From an uncultured Chloroflexia bacterium (lineage in GTDB: Bacteria > Chloroflexota > Anaerolineae > Anaerolineales > UBA4823), in assembly GCA_963774275.1 (NCBI GenBank), contig CAVZEP010000001.1:12985-76984 (forward strand): a stretch of 64,000 nt of DNA. The letters run 5' to 3'. The position numbers and the translations under genes are program-made. The notes beneath the pieces were generated by a model. That model saw only the letters and a program-made list of their open reading frames with translations. It had not been told where the DNA came from and ran no database searches. Shown here piece by piece: positions 21,800-31,744 of the stretch. The number at the start of each line of letters is the position of its first letter. Position 1 is the stretch's first letter.

Positions 21800-23098
21800 T
21801 TATGGGGTACTCGTAGGAGTGGGGGTGCGCTGAGGGGAAACAGTGCCACCTGGCGTCCCGGTGAGCATGGGGGTAGGGGCAACCGTGATCGCAACCTCAA
21901 CCGTGGCAGGCAGAATCGAAACCTTTTGCACGCTCTCGGGGAGAATATTTACCTGCGGAATAAATTGATATGTACCGGCTTCATATCCGGTCAAATCCAC
22001 TACGACCCTTACATCCGTCGGACTCAGGGTATTTAAAACTGGCACGGGTCCGGAAAGAATGACATCCACCGTTGCCGGGGAGGGACGCGCTTCCAACCCT
22101 GGAGCAAGCCCAATCACTTCTACAGGGAGAGAAATTGCCAGGCTTGATTCAATGGCGGCGATGCTAACCTGCACTAAAACCTTTGAATCACCGACTACGG
22201 AAATTCCAGAAGGAAGGTTTAACTCCACCAGGGTCTCAAAATCATCATTTTTTGCGCTAAGGTCAATCGGTTGAGTCTCTACATAGCCTGGCAAATTATT
22301 AACCAGCTCAGGGTCGGAGGAAAAAACAACCACGCCAACCGGAGTGACAAAAATATTGGTCAACCGGTAGCCATTTACCACCTGTCCTACCGAGACGGCG
22401 CGAACGATTACATAGCGATAGCCTCCCAGAAGGGTGATGGGTTGGGTTATCTTGACCGATTCAGGAGATACCGTCAACCCACTCACAACCCTTCCCTCCC
22501 CATCTAACACCAGTGGGGCAATATCCCTGAGGATGCTCTGATTAATATTGGTGATATCCAACGCCACGCGCACTTCCTTCACCAGGGAGATCAGAGTCTG
22601 CGGGCCGGTTATTGTCACCTCTATAGGGTCCACCAATGGTGATTGAGCCTGATAACCAACCGGAGGATCACCAGTAACAATCATATTGACCGGAAAAACC
22701 TGGGTGATAATGGAATCAAGCGTTATGGTCAGGCGCTCAGGATCCTGGCTTATCTTGCGCACAAGGTGGGGAGTGATCTGAACATGAATTGGCACGTCAT
22801 GCTCCCCGGCTCCCAAGTTGGAAAGGTCTATCCAGGCGCGTACCGACGTCGGGTCATTATTTAGCTCGACCCAAACCGAGGCGGGGGCGTTGAGCATCAG
22901 GGTGATGGTCCGGGAGAACTCACCCATGATTTGCAAACCTGGGTCCTGACCGGTAATCTCGATTTGCACAGAACGTGACAAGAGATGCTCTTCATTCGGA
23001 TCAGAAGCGACCACAGAGGATACCCAAACAATGACTGCCAGGATAATTGCAGTCAATAATGTGCTCAGGTTCTTCGCCAACCAGCGCAATATTCTCAC
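21800..23098 (-). CDS. cdaR: CdaR/YbbR-repeat protein
   Basis: N-terminal TM plus about four YbbR-like repeats; directly follows the diadenylate cyclase gene. Confidence 0.85.
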   Translation of the reverse strand: MRILRWLAKNLSTLLTAIILAVIVWVSSVVASDPNEEHLLSRSVQIEITGQDPGLQIMGEFSRTITLMLNAPASVWVELNNDPTSVRAWIDLSNLGAGEHDVPIHVQITPHLVRKISQDPERLTITLDSIITQVFPVNMIVTGDPPVGYQAQSPLVDPIEVTITGPQTLISLVKEVRVALDITNINQSILRDIAPLVLDGEGRVVSGLTVSPESVKITQPITLLGGYRYVIVRAVSVGQVVNGYRLTNIFVTPVGVVVFSSDPELVNNLPGYVETQPIDLSAKNDDFETLVELNLPSGISVVGDSKVLVQVSIAAIESSLAISLPVEVIGLAPGLEARPSPATVDVILSGPVPVLNTLSPTDVRVVVDLTGYEAGTYQFIPQVNILPESVQKVSILPATVEVAITVAPTPMLTGTPGGTVSPQRTPTPTSTP

Positions 23099-23983
23099 TT
23101 ATTGAGCCTCTCCTCCGGGCTTCTTTCCATTTGGATAAATGCCTTTGAAAATGTCGATTAATCCCTGGCGCTGTGCATTCGGATTGAAAAAAGCCCGGAG
23201 AACATTTTCCAGCCGTTCTGTATCCAAGCGGCGGATCATCCTTCCGTTGTGGACTACAGATATCGTGCCACTCTCCTCAGATACAACCACTACGACTGCA
23301 TCGGATACCTCGGATATGCCGAGAGCAGCACGGTGACGCAAGCCCAGCTGCCTATCAGGGGTGCGCGCCAGCACACCGCTGGCTGAAAGGGGCATGACGC
23401 ACGCGGCAGCCAGCATGCGTGACCCTTCGAGGATCACAGCACCATCATGCAGCGGTGTGTTTGGATAAAAAATCTGAAGGATCAATTCAGGCGTGACCTG
23501 GGCATCCACAATGACCCCGGTCTGAATGAATTCTTGCAGATTGTCAAGTCGCTGCAGGATGATCAGCGCACCATGGCGGCGGTCGGAGAGGCGGACGGCA
23601 GCATTCACCACCGCGGTGATGGATTTTTGTGTTCCTGGAGAGGCCTTTCCATTTCCAAATATAAAGCCAGCCCTGCCAAGCCTCTCCAAACCCCGTCGTA
23701 TCTCCGGGGCAAATATAACCGGAATTGCCAACACCAATGCGGGGAGAGTCGTCCGTACCAGCCACGAAAATGCGGGCAATGCTTCAGTGCTGTTCAGCAA
23801 GCTACCCAGGACGACCAGCAGGAGTACGCCGCGCAACAATACTACGGCCTGGGTGCCGCGCAATAAAATCAGCAGGCCAAAAAATATGAGCGAGACAATC
23901 GCCAAGTCTAGAATACTCAGCCAATTGATCCGTTCGAAAACGAAGCCTAAGCTTTCAATCAGGTAGCGAATAAGGTTTTCCAC
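23099..23983 (-). CDS. cdaA: Diadenylate cyclase CdaA
   Basis: Three N-terminal TM helices; PLHDGA and LGLRHRAALG DAC motifs; VVSEESG. Confidence 0.93.
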   Translation of the reverse strand: MENLIRYLIESLGFVFERINWLSILDLAIVSLIFFGLLILLRGTQAVVLLRGVLLLVVLGSLLNSTEALPAFSWLVRTTLPALVLAIPVIFAPEIRRGLERLGRAGFIFGNGKASPGTQKSITAVVNAAVRLSDRRHGALIILQRLDNLQEFIQTGVIVDAQVTPELILQIFYPNTPLHDGAVILEGSRMLAAACVMPLSASGVLARTPDRQLGLRHRAALGISEVSDAVVVVVSEESGTISVVHNGRMIRRLDTERLENVLRAFFNPNAQRQGLIDIFKGIYPNGKKPGGEAQ

Positions 23984-24071
23984 AAAGACATCGCTCCATC
24001 ATCCATCCTGCTGGTTCTTTTTCACTGCAGGTATACCATCCTTGCTCAATAGGCGAAGCCGTATTTGCATG

Positions 24072-25205
24072 CTACACTGGCCGAAGGACACGGTCTTTGC
24101 GCAACTGCTTGAAGAGCATGATCTCACCTTTGCCAATCGTTTCCTGAGCGGCTTCCTGCCAGGCACGCACGCCCAGGGATTCGATCGTGCGTGGCTCATA
24201 ACCCAGAGATTTCCATACTTCTTCCTGCATACCTATTTCAGTGGGTAAGAACAGCAAAGCAATTTCACATTGTAAATCGCGAGAGGTAGTCTCAATTTCC
24301 TTCAATAGAGCCTGCATCGCTTTTGAAAGCGATTGACCTGGCTCAATGTGGACTTCATCTGTGCGCTCAACCAGGTTTTCCACCTGCCAGCCAACGATCC
24401 CGACAGGTGTACCATCCAGCTTAAGGAATAAGAATGCTTTCTCACCAAAAGCTTCCATGATATCTTCACTCGTGGGTTTAGCCTTACCATCACTTAACCG
24501 ACCGATCAAGGCGGCAATCTCAGCTGCGTGGCGTGGTCTGGCTTTCTCCACCATCAAAACCCCTTTTGGTGCTACGACGGGTTTGAAGGTGCCTGATTCA
24601 TAAGTTGGGAAGAGCTCTTTCCAGGCCTTGGTAACCTGCCGCCAGGTATCTTCGAATGAACCATCATTATGGATAACCGTATTGGCAAGCTTAACTTTTT
24701 CAATCTGAGGCGGTTGTGCACTAACCCTTTGATGAGCTGTGACTGAACTCATCCCGCGTTTTTGGGTCAGGCGAGCTATCTGGGCGCTCTTCTGGGCATA
24801 GGTAACCCAAACGGTATCACATGCCTGTCGCAATGGTCCCTCCAGCAGCTTGATCGCTTCGACGACGATCACTTTTTGAGAGGAACGCCGGATCAGTAAA
24901 TCCACAGCCTGGCGCACCAATGGATGGACGATGGACTCGAGCTGGGTGAGCGCTTCAGCTTCTGAAAACACAACGCGGGCAAGCCTGGCGCGGTCAACCT
25001 GCCCATCTGGTCCGAGGACCCACTTTCCAAAGGTGGCAATCACTTCCCTATAGCCTGGTGCATCCTTAGCAATGGCGCGATGACCCAGAGCATCAGCGTC
25101 AATACCATATGCTCCCAAGTGCTCCAACATCTTGCGGACCACACTCTTACCGGTGGCGATATTGCCTGTCAATCCAATGACGTATTTGCCTGGCCAGGCG
25201 CTCAT
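24072..25205 (-). CDS. coaE: Dephospho-CoA kinase with C-terminal GNAT-like extension
   Basis: IGLTGNIATGKS, IDAD, LESIVHPLV; about 170 extra C-terminal residues. Confidence 0.9.
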   Translation of the reverse strand: MSAWPGKYVIGLTGNIATGKSVVRKMLEHLGAYGIDADALGHRAIAKDAPGYREVIATFGKWVLGPDGQVDRARLARVVFSEAEALTQLESIVHPLVRQAVDLLIRRSSQKVIVVEAIKLLEGPLRQACDTVWVTYAQKSAQIARLTQKRGMSSVTAHQRVSAQPPQIEKVKLANTVIHNDGSFEDTWRQVTKAWKELFPTYESGTFKPVVAPKGVLMVEKARPRHAAEIAALIGRLSDGKAKPTSEDIMEAFGEKAFLFLKLDGTPVGIVGWQVENLVERTDEVHIEPGQSLSKAMQALLKEIETTSRDLQCEIALLFLPTEIGMQEEVWKSLGYEPRTIESLGVRAWQEAAQETIGKGEIMLFKQLRKDRVLRPV

Positions 25206-25228
25206 CTTGCCTCCTGCAATATGTCTTC

Positions 25229-25257
25229 ATTTTAGCCTTGGTAATGCAGAATGTCAA
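25229..25257 (-). promoter_or_regulatory. Sigma70-type promoter for coaE
   Basis: TTGACA-N17-TAAAAT on the minus strand, then GGAGG RBS. Confidence 0.7.
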
Positions 25258-25564
25258 AGGTTATTGCAAAAATTCCTGGGGAGGAGCGGATATACCAGAT
25301 ATCGGGTAAAGACCCAACCAACCACCAGGTCGATACGTTGGAATATGAGCTGTATGGGTTCAGGCACGTCGCACCTTGGGTCTATCCATGCCACCGAAAG
25401 CGTAGTCACAAAATAATTGGATGAACTCATAATAATGATATACTTTGGCGGAACTGCTTAAACGGCTTGGAATTGTTTGAAGAAGAGCTCTAAAAGATTT
25501 TTTTATCGTTTAACCAGGAGGTTTTCGCTTCCCTTTATTGCTGCATTTCCCAGGAGCATCACTC

Positions 25565-26578
25565 ATGAAAAAAATCCGCATCCTGCAAACCACCTTCTTA
25601 ATCATTTTCCTAACCTTATTGCTTGCAGGCTGTACATCCCAGAAATCCAAGGCCAATACCAGCAAACCTGACCCAGTGTCAACGGGTACACCTGGCCAAT
25701 CCATGTTCATGCCATTGATCAGTGCAAATGATTCTACAGATGAACCCCCAACACCAACGGTATTCTGGCCCACTCCGGCCAGTCAAACCTTCGCGACGCC
25801 TTACGTCCGCCCCGCTGGCGCTCATGGACAGGACCTGCCACCCGAAAAGTGGCAGGAATGGCCGGTGATCCCGGTTACCAGTGACCGCGCGGTGGATATT
25901 TACCGGGCAGGTATCGCTCAGGGAAACGATCCAACGCATTTTTCAAAAGTCGGTGACTGTCAGAATATCCACCAATACTTCCTGGGATTATTCGATTCGG
26001 ATGGTACCTATCGACTGGGTGATCAATATGAATATCTACAGGAAACGATCGATTACTTTTCCGGAAACTGGACCCGCGCCAGTGAAGCGGTGCGTACCGG
26101 TTTCAATGTGGCTTCTGTATTAGCCCCATTGTACGCCAATCCGAAAAATTGCCTGCCGGTAGAAACTCCGCTGGCCTGTGAAATCCGAATCTGGAATCCT
26201 TCGATCGTCATTATCAGCATGGAAACATGGACAGCCGACCGACCCGCCCAGGCTTATGAAAATTACTTGCGCCAGATCGTAGAGTACGCCATTTCCAAAA
26301 ATGTGGTGCCAATCGTGGCCACCAAGGCAGACAACCTGGAAGGCGATCATGCGATTAACCAGATCATCGCCAGAGTGGCTGCCGATTATGATATTCCCAT
26401 GTGGAATTTCTGGGCAGCAACCCATCCCCTGACGGATGAAGGACTGATGGAAGATCGCTTTCACCTGACGAATGGACCCAACTATTTTGATAGCGCCGAA
26501 TCAATGGATCTAGGCTGGCCCATCCGCAACCTGACCGGTTTACTTACGATTGATTCGGTTTGGAAAGCTGTAAAATGA
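25565..26578 (+). CDS. SGNH/GDSL-like lipoprotein
   Basis: LAGC lipobox; FSKVGDC block-I-like and DRFH block-V-like motifs. Confidence 0.7.
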   Translation: MKKIRILQTTFLIIFLTLLLAGCTSQKSKANTSKPDPVSTGTPGQSMFMPLISANDSTDEPPTPTVFWPTPASQTFATPYVRPAGAHGQDLPPEKWQEWPVIPVTSDRAVDIYRAGIAQGNDPTHFSKVGDCQNIHQYFLGLFDSDGTYRLGDQYEYLQETIDYFSGNWTRASEAVRTGFNVASVLAPLYANPKNCLPVETPLACEIRIWNPSIVIISMETWTADRPAQAYENYLRQIVEYAISKNVVPIVATKADNLEGDHAINQIIARVAADYDIPMWNFWAATHPLTDEGLMEDRFHLTNGPNYFDSAESMDLGWPIRNLTGLLTIDSVWKAVK

Positions 26579-26674
26579 TCTTTGATGGGAGAAATATTTT
26601 CGCCTGACGCAATAGCTCCAAAAGTTGAGCTGATTCAGAATTGTCGAGAAAATCGACTGAGGGCACAGCGCCGT

Positions 26675-27196
26675 TTAGCTGATGGGTGCACTAACGAGCA
26701 AGTCGCCAAGCAGCCAAACAGTGAGCGGTGGCAAGGCGTTTCCAATAACATACCAGAGCACATTAGCAAGGATGGGAACAAGCCCAGGACCGAACAACAT
26801 CAGATTACTGCTGGCAAACAAATGTGATCCGCCGAAGTCGTGGACCAACGCGTACACTGCCCAAAACAGCAGGAAGCCAGCAAAACCCTTCCAATGCCAG
26901 CGCCGAATGATACGCCATCCGACGAGACCGAATGCTCCACCACCTACGATGCCGGCCAGGATATAGCCGGTCAACGGAAATTGACCACTCTCCGTCCAGG
27001 CGGGATAAGTCCACCAGCCGAAAGTAGCGGCGAAGCGATCCCAAACGTAGTTTATGATGGCATACAGGATTGCACCGACCAGCGCAGCAAGGATATGGCG
27101 GCGGGTAGCATGTGTGAGAAATGCGCTAAGGATGAACAGGCATGGTGCAACAATGAAACCGATGAGTAATGCTTGCGAAGGGGTCAGGATTGGCAT
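26675..27196 (-). CDS. Hypothetical membrane protein
   Basis: 173 aa with about five hydrophobic helices. Confidence 0.65.
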   Translation of the reverse strand: MPILTPSQALLIGFIVAPCLFILSAFLTHATRRHILAALVGAILYAIINYVWDRFAATFGWWTYPAWTESGQFPLTGYILAGIVGGGAFGLVGWRIIRRWHWKGFAGFLLFWAVYALVHDFGGSHLFASSNLMLFGPGLVPILANVLWYVIGNALPPLTVWLLGDLLVSAPIS

Positions 27197-27281
27197 ATTG
27201 ATTCAGTATTCCAGGGAAATATCACAGCTGCGGCGGTAAAGAACCGGCTGTATCAAGGTGTTGGGCAATCCTCCGCCGATT

Positions 27282-28134
27282 TTAGACTTCAAAACTAGAG
27301 CCCGTTATTAGATCGGCGATATGGTCACCCATCACATCCTTTAGGACTGCAAAGGCCTTTGTGCCGGTACAGTGTCCGGTAAAGGTTTGCTCGATCGGGT
27401 AGTCCAACACCTTCTGAGCAAGGTCTTCGACCTCGCGCTTGCTGCCTGCCATGAAATTGAATGGTGGCGCGGCGACGAGATGAAACCCACCAAACACTGC
27501 TTTGATGGGTACTCCTTTGAACTCTCGGGCAACACTATCGACCATGTTGAGAATACCGTTGTGGGAGCACCCGGTAAAAATGACCAGCTTGTTATTTTCC
27601 TTAATCGCCATGACGATTTCGTGAGAGAAATCATCCGGTGTCAACTTACCCCCCCGCTGCACGAACAGGCGTTTATTTCCGGCAGGCTTTGGATAGCTGC
27701 CAGAGAGGTGAGGAAAAATAAAGACATCAGGGAGGATCTCAGTGGGTTCGCTAATAGTCTTGAAGCGATTGGGGTAGTCGGTGATAAGCGTTTTTTCGAG
27801 ACCGACATATTTCTTCATAAAGAGAAGGATGCGTGTAAAGCACTCACCACTGGGAGCCTGACCCAGATGCACCATGGCGTTCGTATTTACATCAAAGAAT
27901 CGCCTGAGACCACCCCCGTGGTCAAAATGGTGGTGAGACAAGACCGCAGTGTCAATAGAAGCTACACTGATAGACAGGGTGTTCTGCGTTTTTGGCGAAT
28001 AAACCTGAAGCGCCTGTGTCAAAGAGAATATTATGACCGTTGAAATTGATATAGAGAGATAAACCCCATTCGGCTGCTAGCTGCGAATAGGTCTTACTTG
28101 GCCTGTTCTCGATCAAAGTGATTACCCTCATCAT
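27282..28134 (-). CDS. Metallo-beta-lactamase-fold hydrolase (frameshift near 27975)
   Basis: AEWGLS, ILFDTG, SHHHFDHGGG, TGCSH, GGFH, GHCTG motifs across two frames; GGAGG RBS. Confidence 0.85.
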
Positions 28135-28249
28135 TGCCTCCTATTTCTCAGCCTTAGGTCAAACCCCGGGTTGCAGGTTACCCAACTATTGATTCTACGG
28201 CATATTTACAAATTATCAAGTCCATTGAGGAGTTATTCAAACTTAAAAA

Positions 28250-28555
28250 GTGAACGGGGCAAACCCGAATCCTGTTCCCCAAGTGGTAAGTGTGCTCAAT
28301 CTGGGGGGTGGTGATCTGAACGCAGTAATAACGGAGGATGCCAATTGGTTGGATACCAGCTTAAGCGGGACTGAGTTATATATATCGGTAAATAAATCGG
28401 GGGTGCCTGCCGGGCATTACACTGCTACCATTGTAATAAGCGGTACCCCAGGTGACATGACGCAGGATAGTCCCCAAATGGTTACGGTGGATTTATGGCT
28501 GTTACAGGGAAGCCCGCCAGGAGGTCTGGTGTATTTACCATTGATCAGCCGATAA
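28250..28555 (+). pseudogene. Orphan C-terminal BACON/Ig-like fragment of a surface protein
   Basis: P.PQ..SV.N.GGG.L...WL...G.YTATI.I...SPQ.VTV pattern ending LVYLPLISR*; no signal peptide or upstream domains. Confidence 0.55.
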
Positions 28556-28632
28556 ACCCTACCTGGGAGAAAATATATACTTGCAAATAAGCAAGTGGAT
28601 CATTTTTACTGCTTGTGACAAATTGTTTCTTT

Positions 28633-28668
28633 AGCCCCACAGAGTGGTCGTAAGTGGGGCTTTTTTCT
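28633..28668 (+). terminator. Intrinsic terminator
   Basis: AGCCCCAC...GTGGGGCT stem followed by a T-tract. Confidence 0.7.
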
Positions 28669-28837
28669 TCTCACAGGCTTGGAGGAGCCTGCTGCCAGCA
28701 CAGTGCTCTTTGCTGGGTAAGTCCAGCGTTCCCTTCAGCTGGACGTCTGCATGATTTCACGATACTTTCACTGAGCAAGGGATGAGGCAGCTTTCCATCC
28801 CTTCTCCTATTTGTATCCTCCAACCTGTGTTTTAATC

Positions 28838-28866
28838 TTGTGAATGAGCCAGCCGAACACTATAAT
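28838..28866 (+). promoter_or_regulatory. Sigma70-type promoter for leuS
   Basis: TTGTGA-N17-TATAAT, 23 nt before the ATG, with GGAG RBS. Confidence 0.6.
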
Positions 28867-28889
28867 TCTGTATATTGGAGACATAAGCC

Positions 28890-31268
28890 ATGGTTGACTT
28901 CAAAGCTGATGATTTTTCTGAGAAGAAAAAAATGTACGTTCTAGCTGAGTTTCCCTATCCTTCAGGGTCGGGCTTACACATCGGGCATGCTTTTACCTAC
29001 ACCGGAGGAGATGTATTCGCTCGTTTTCAGCGTATGCAAGGCAAAAATGTGCTGTTCCCAATCGGGTGGGACGCCTTTGGATTACCCACCGAGAATTACG
29101 CCATACGTAGCGGGCAGAAACCCCAGCATGTGACCAAAACAAACACGGATATCTTCCGCTTGCAGATGGAATCGTTGGGTTATTCCTTTAATTGGGACAG
29201 AATTGTCAATACAACGGATCCACGCTATTACAAGTGGACACAGTGGATTTTTATTAAATTATTTGAGCGCGGTCTGGCTTATAAGGCTGAAATGCCGATC
29301 AATTGGTGCCCATCTTGTAAGGTGGGTTTGGCTAATGAAGAAGTGATCAATGGTCATTGTGAACGTTGTGGGGCTGAGACCACTCGCCGCCGGATAAGCC
29401 AGTGGGTGGTTCGCATCACCGAATATGCCGACCGGATACTCTCCGGTCTGGATCAAACTGAGTTCATCGAAAAGGTGAAAGCGGCCCAGGTTAATTGGAT
29501 TGGTCGCTCGGAAGGAGCAAAAATCTGTTTCCAGGTAGCTGGTCAAAGTGACACGCTAGACATATTCACGACCCGTCCGGATACCTTATGGGGCTGTACT
29601 TTTATGGTGATTGCCCCCGAACACGAGCTGGTCTCGGAACTCATGGATCGTCCTGAAATTGCTGAATATTTCGAACGATCTCGAAAAAAATCGGATTTGG
29701 AACGCACGGATGAATCTCGCCAGATCGATGGTGTTTTCAGTGGTCTTATTGCCCACCATCCGGTGACGGGTGATGAGTTACCAATTTGGATATCAGATTT
29801 TGTGCTACCCAGCTATGGAACGGGTGCAATTATGGCTGTACCTGCCCACGATGAACGCGATCATCTATTTGCCAGCCTGTATGGCTTACCTGTTCAACCC
29901 GTGGTATTGCCAGACAAAGAATGGGATTTCTCCAAAGCAGCGTATACGGGGATGGATGGCAGGGTCATAAATTCTGGCTCATTCAATAATCTGAAGCCCA
30001 CCGAAGCCATTCCAGCGGTGATAAAGTGGTTGACTGACCAGGGACTGGGAGAAGGAGCGGTGTCTTATCACCTGCGCGATTGGATTTTCAGCCGCCAGCA
30101 TTACTGGGGCGAGCCAATCCCAATGATCTATTGCCAGGAGTGCGGCTGGAATCCTGTCCCTGAAGATCAGCTACCTGTCCTCTTGCCTGAAGTGGAGCAT
30201 TATGAGCCAACTGATACGGGTGAGTCACCACTGGCAAGTATTCAAGCATGGGTTAACGTATCTTGCCCCCAGTGTGGTAAACCGGCTCGACGAGAAACAG
30301 ATACAATGCCCAACTGGGCAGGCTCGGATTGGTATTTCTTGCGCTTTTGTGACCCTGGGAACGATCAGGTACTCGCCGATATGGACAAGCTCCGTTACTG
30401 GATGCCAGTGGACGTATATATTGGTGGTGACGAGCACAATACCCTTCATTTACTTTATTCGCGCTTTATATACATATTTTTACACGAAATTGGCGTCGTA
30501 CCTTCGGAATACCCCGAGCCTTACCTCAAGCGCCTATCGCATGGTGTTATTTTAGGGCCAGATGGTCAGCGCATGAGTAAGACGCGTGGGAATGTGATTG
30601 TTCCAAAAGAATACGTGGAGAAGTATGGAGCAGATGCGCTACGCCTGTACCTGCTGTTTCAAGGTCCCTTTGATGCTACCATCGCCTGGAATGAGCAAGC
30701 ATTGCTGGGAGTAAAACGCTTCCTGGACCGATTCGATCGCCTGGTGAGATCCAATGCTGGTAAACATAAGCAATCAGGGCGGCGTATAAAAGCTGCGATC
30801 AACAGATCAGGCAAAGAAGTAGCTGAAGATACGGCTTCATTCAAGTTTAATACTGCCATCGCACATATGATGGAAACCATAAATACAGTCACGGATTTAA
30901 TCGAACCCAAGGCGGGTCAGGGCGAGGTCATCGCAGACCAGGAACTACGCATCCTGACCCAGGTCCTTGCGCCTTATGCTCCCTTCACAGCTGAGACTGG
31001 ATGGCAATTGATGGGTGGCAGAAACAGTGTTCACACCAGCAGTTGGCCAGCATACGACCCTGATCTTAAGCTTGAAACGCTGATAACCATTCCTATCCAG
31101 ATCAATGGTAAATTGCGCGGCACAGTGGATGTGAACCAGCAAGCCACCGAGACAGAAATTCGCCGCCTGGCTGAAGCACATCCTGGAATAGTTAAGTACC
31201 TGAACAGTGTTGAGGTGATCAAGGTAATTTATGTGCCGGGGCGAACCATGAATTTTGTTGTAAAGTGA
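28890..31268 (+). CDS. leuS: Leucine--tRNA ligase
   Basis: FPYPSG.GLHIGH, GWDAFGLP.EN, TTRPDT and GTGAIMAVPAHD editing motifs, DWIFSRQHYWG, RMSKT, QINGKLRG. Confidence 0.95.
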   Translation: MVDFKADDFSEKKKMYVLAEFPYPSGSGLHIGHAFTYTGGDVFARFQRMQGKNVLFPIGWDAFGLPTENYAIRSGQKPQHVTKTNTDIFRLQMESLGYSFNWDRIVNTTDPRYYKWTQWIFIKLFERGLAYKAEMPINWCPSCKVGLANEEVINGHCERCGAETTRRRISQWVVRITEYADRILSGLDQTEFIEKVKAAQVNWIGRSEGAKICFQVAGQSDTLDIFTTRPDTLWGCTFMVIAPEHELVSELMDRPEIAEYFERSRKKSDLERTDESRQIDGVFSGLIAHHPVTGDELPIWISDFVLPSYGTGAIMAVPAHDERDHLFASLYGLPVQPVVLPDKEWDFSKAAYTGMDGRVINSGSFNNLKPTEAIPAVIKWLTDQGLGEGAVSYHLRDWIFSRQHYWGEPIPMIYCQECGWNPVPEDQLPVLLPEVEHYEPTDTGESPLASIQAWVNVSCPQCGKPARRETDTMPNWAGSDWYFLRFCDPGNDQVLADMDKLRYWMPVDVYIGGDEHNTLHLLYSRFIYIFLHEIGVVPSEYPEPYLKRLSHGVILGPDGQRMSKTRGNVIVPKEYVEKYGADALRLYLLFQGPFDATIAWNEQALLGVKRFLDRFDRLVRSNAGKHKQSGRRIKAAINRSGKEVAEDTASFKFNTAIAHMMETINTVTDLIEPKAGQGEVIADQELRILTQVLAPYAPFTAETGWQLMGGRNSVHTSSWPAYDPDLKLETLITIPIQINGKLRGTVDVNQQATETEIRRLAEAHPGIVKYLNSVEVIKVIYVPGRTMNFVVK

Positions 31269-31744
31269 AGGCACAGGATGGTTCCTGACACTATCTCAAG
31301 GAAAGACTGCTTATGGAAATGCAGAAAGTCAAAAGGTTATTACTAAATCTTTAGGAGAGCAACTCGGCAGGCGGAAAACAGAAAGGCCGGAAACCGACTG
31401 GATGATTGGAGTTAATTAACCTGTGGGAGATCATACCTGTAGCAGACCACCGGGCATCCGTGGCAGGTGGGGTGGTTCTGATAGATACTACAAGCAATTT
31501 ATCCATACCAGACAAAAGGAAAAGAGATATATAATAGCTACATAAACTTGGATTTCTATTTGGGGATGAAGATTTCTTACTCAAGGTTTTGGCAGTGTGA
31601 AATAGGTTTTCTCTTAACGCTTGGCGTGCCATGAACATACACCACAGAGTACCTTACTATAAATTATAAATTTCCAGTCGATCGGCCGGCAATCCGTACA
31701 GGCTAACTATGCTCGAATCCAGTTGCTCAACAGAGGTAAAACCG

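Noticed and set aside
25255-25431. Possible 58-aa minus-strand ORF upstream of coaE
   Set aside because: No RBS or recognisable motif, and it ends within the coaE -35 box.
28560-28889. Leu T-box upstream of leuS
   Set aside because: No GGTGGNACC consensus, and a promoter lies immediately before the RBS.
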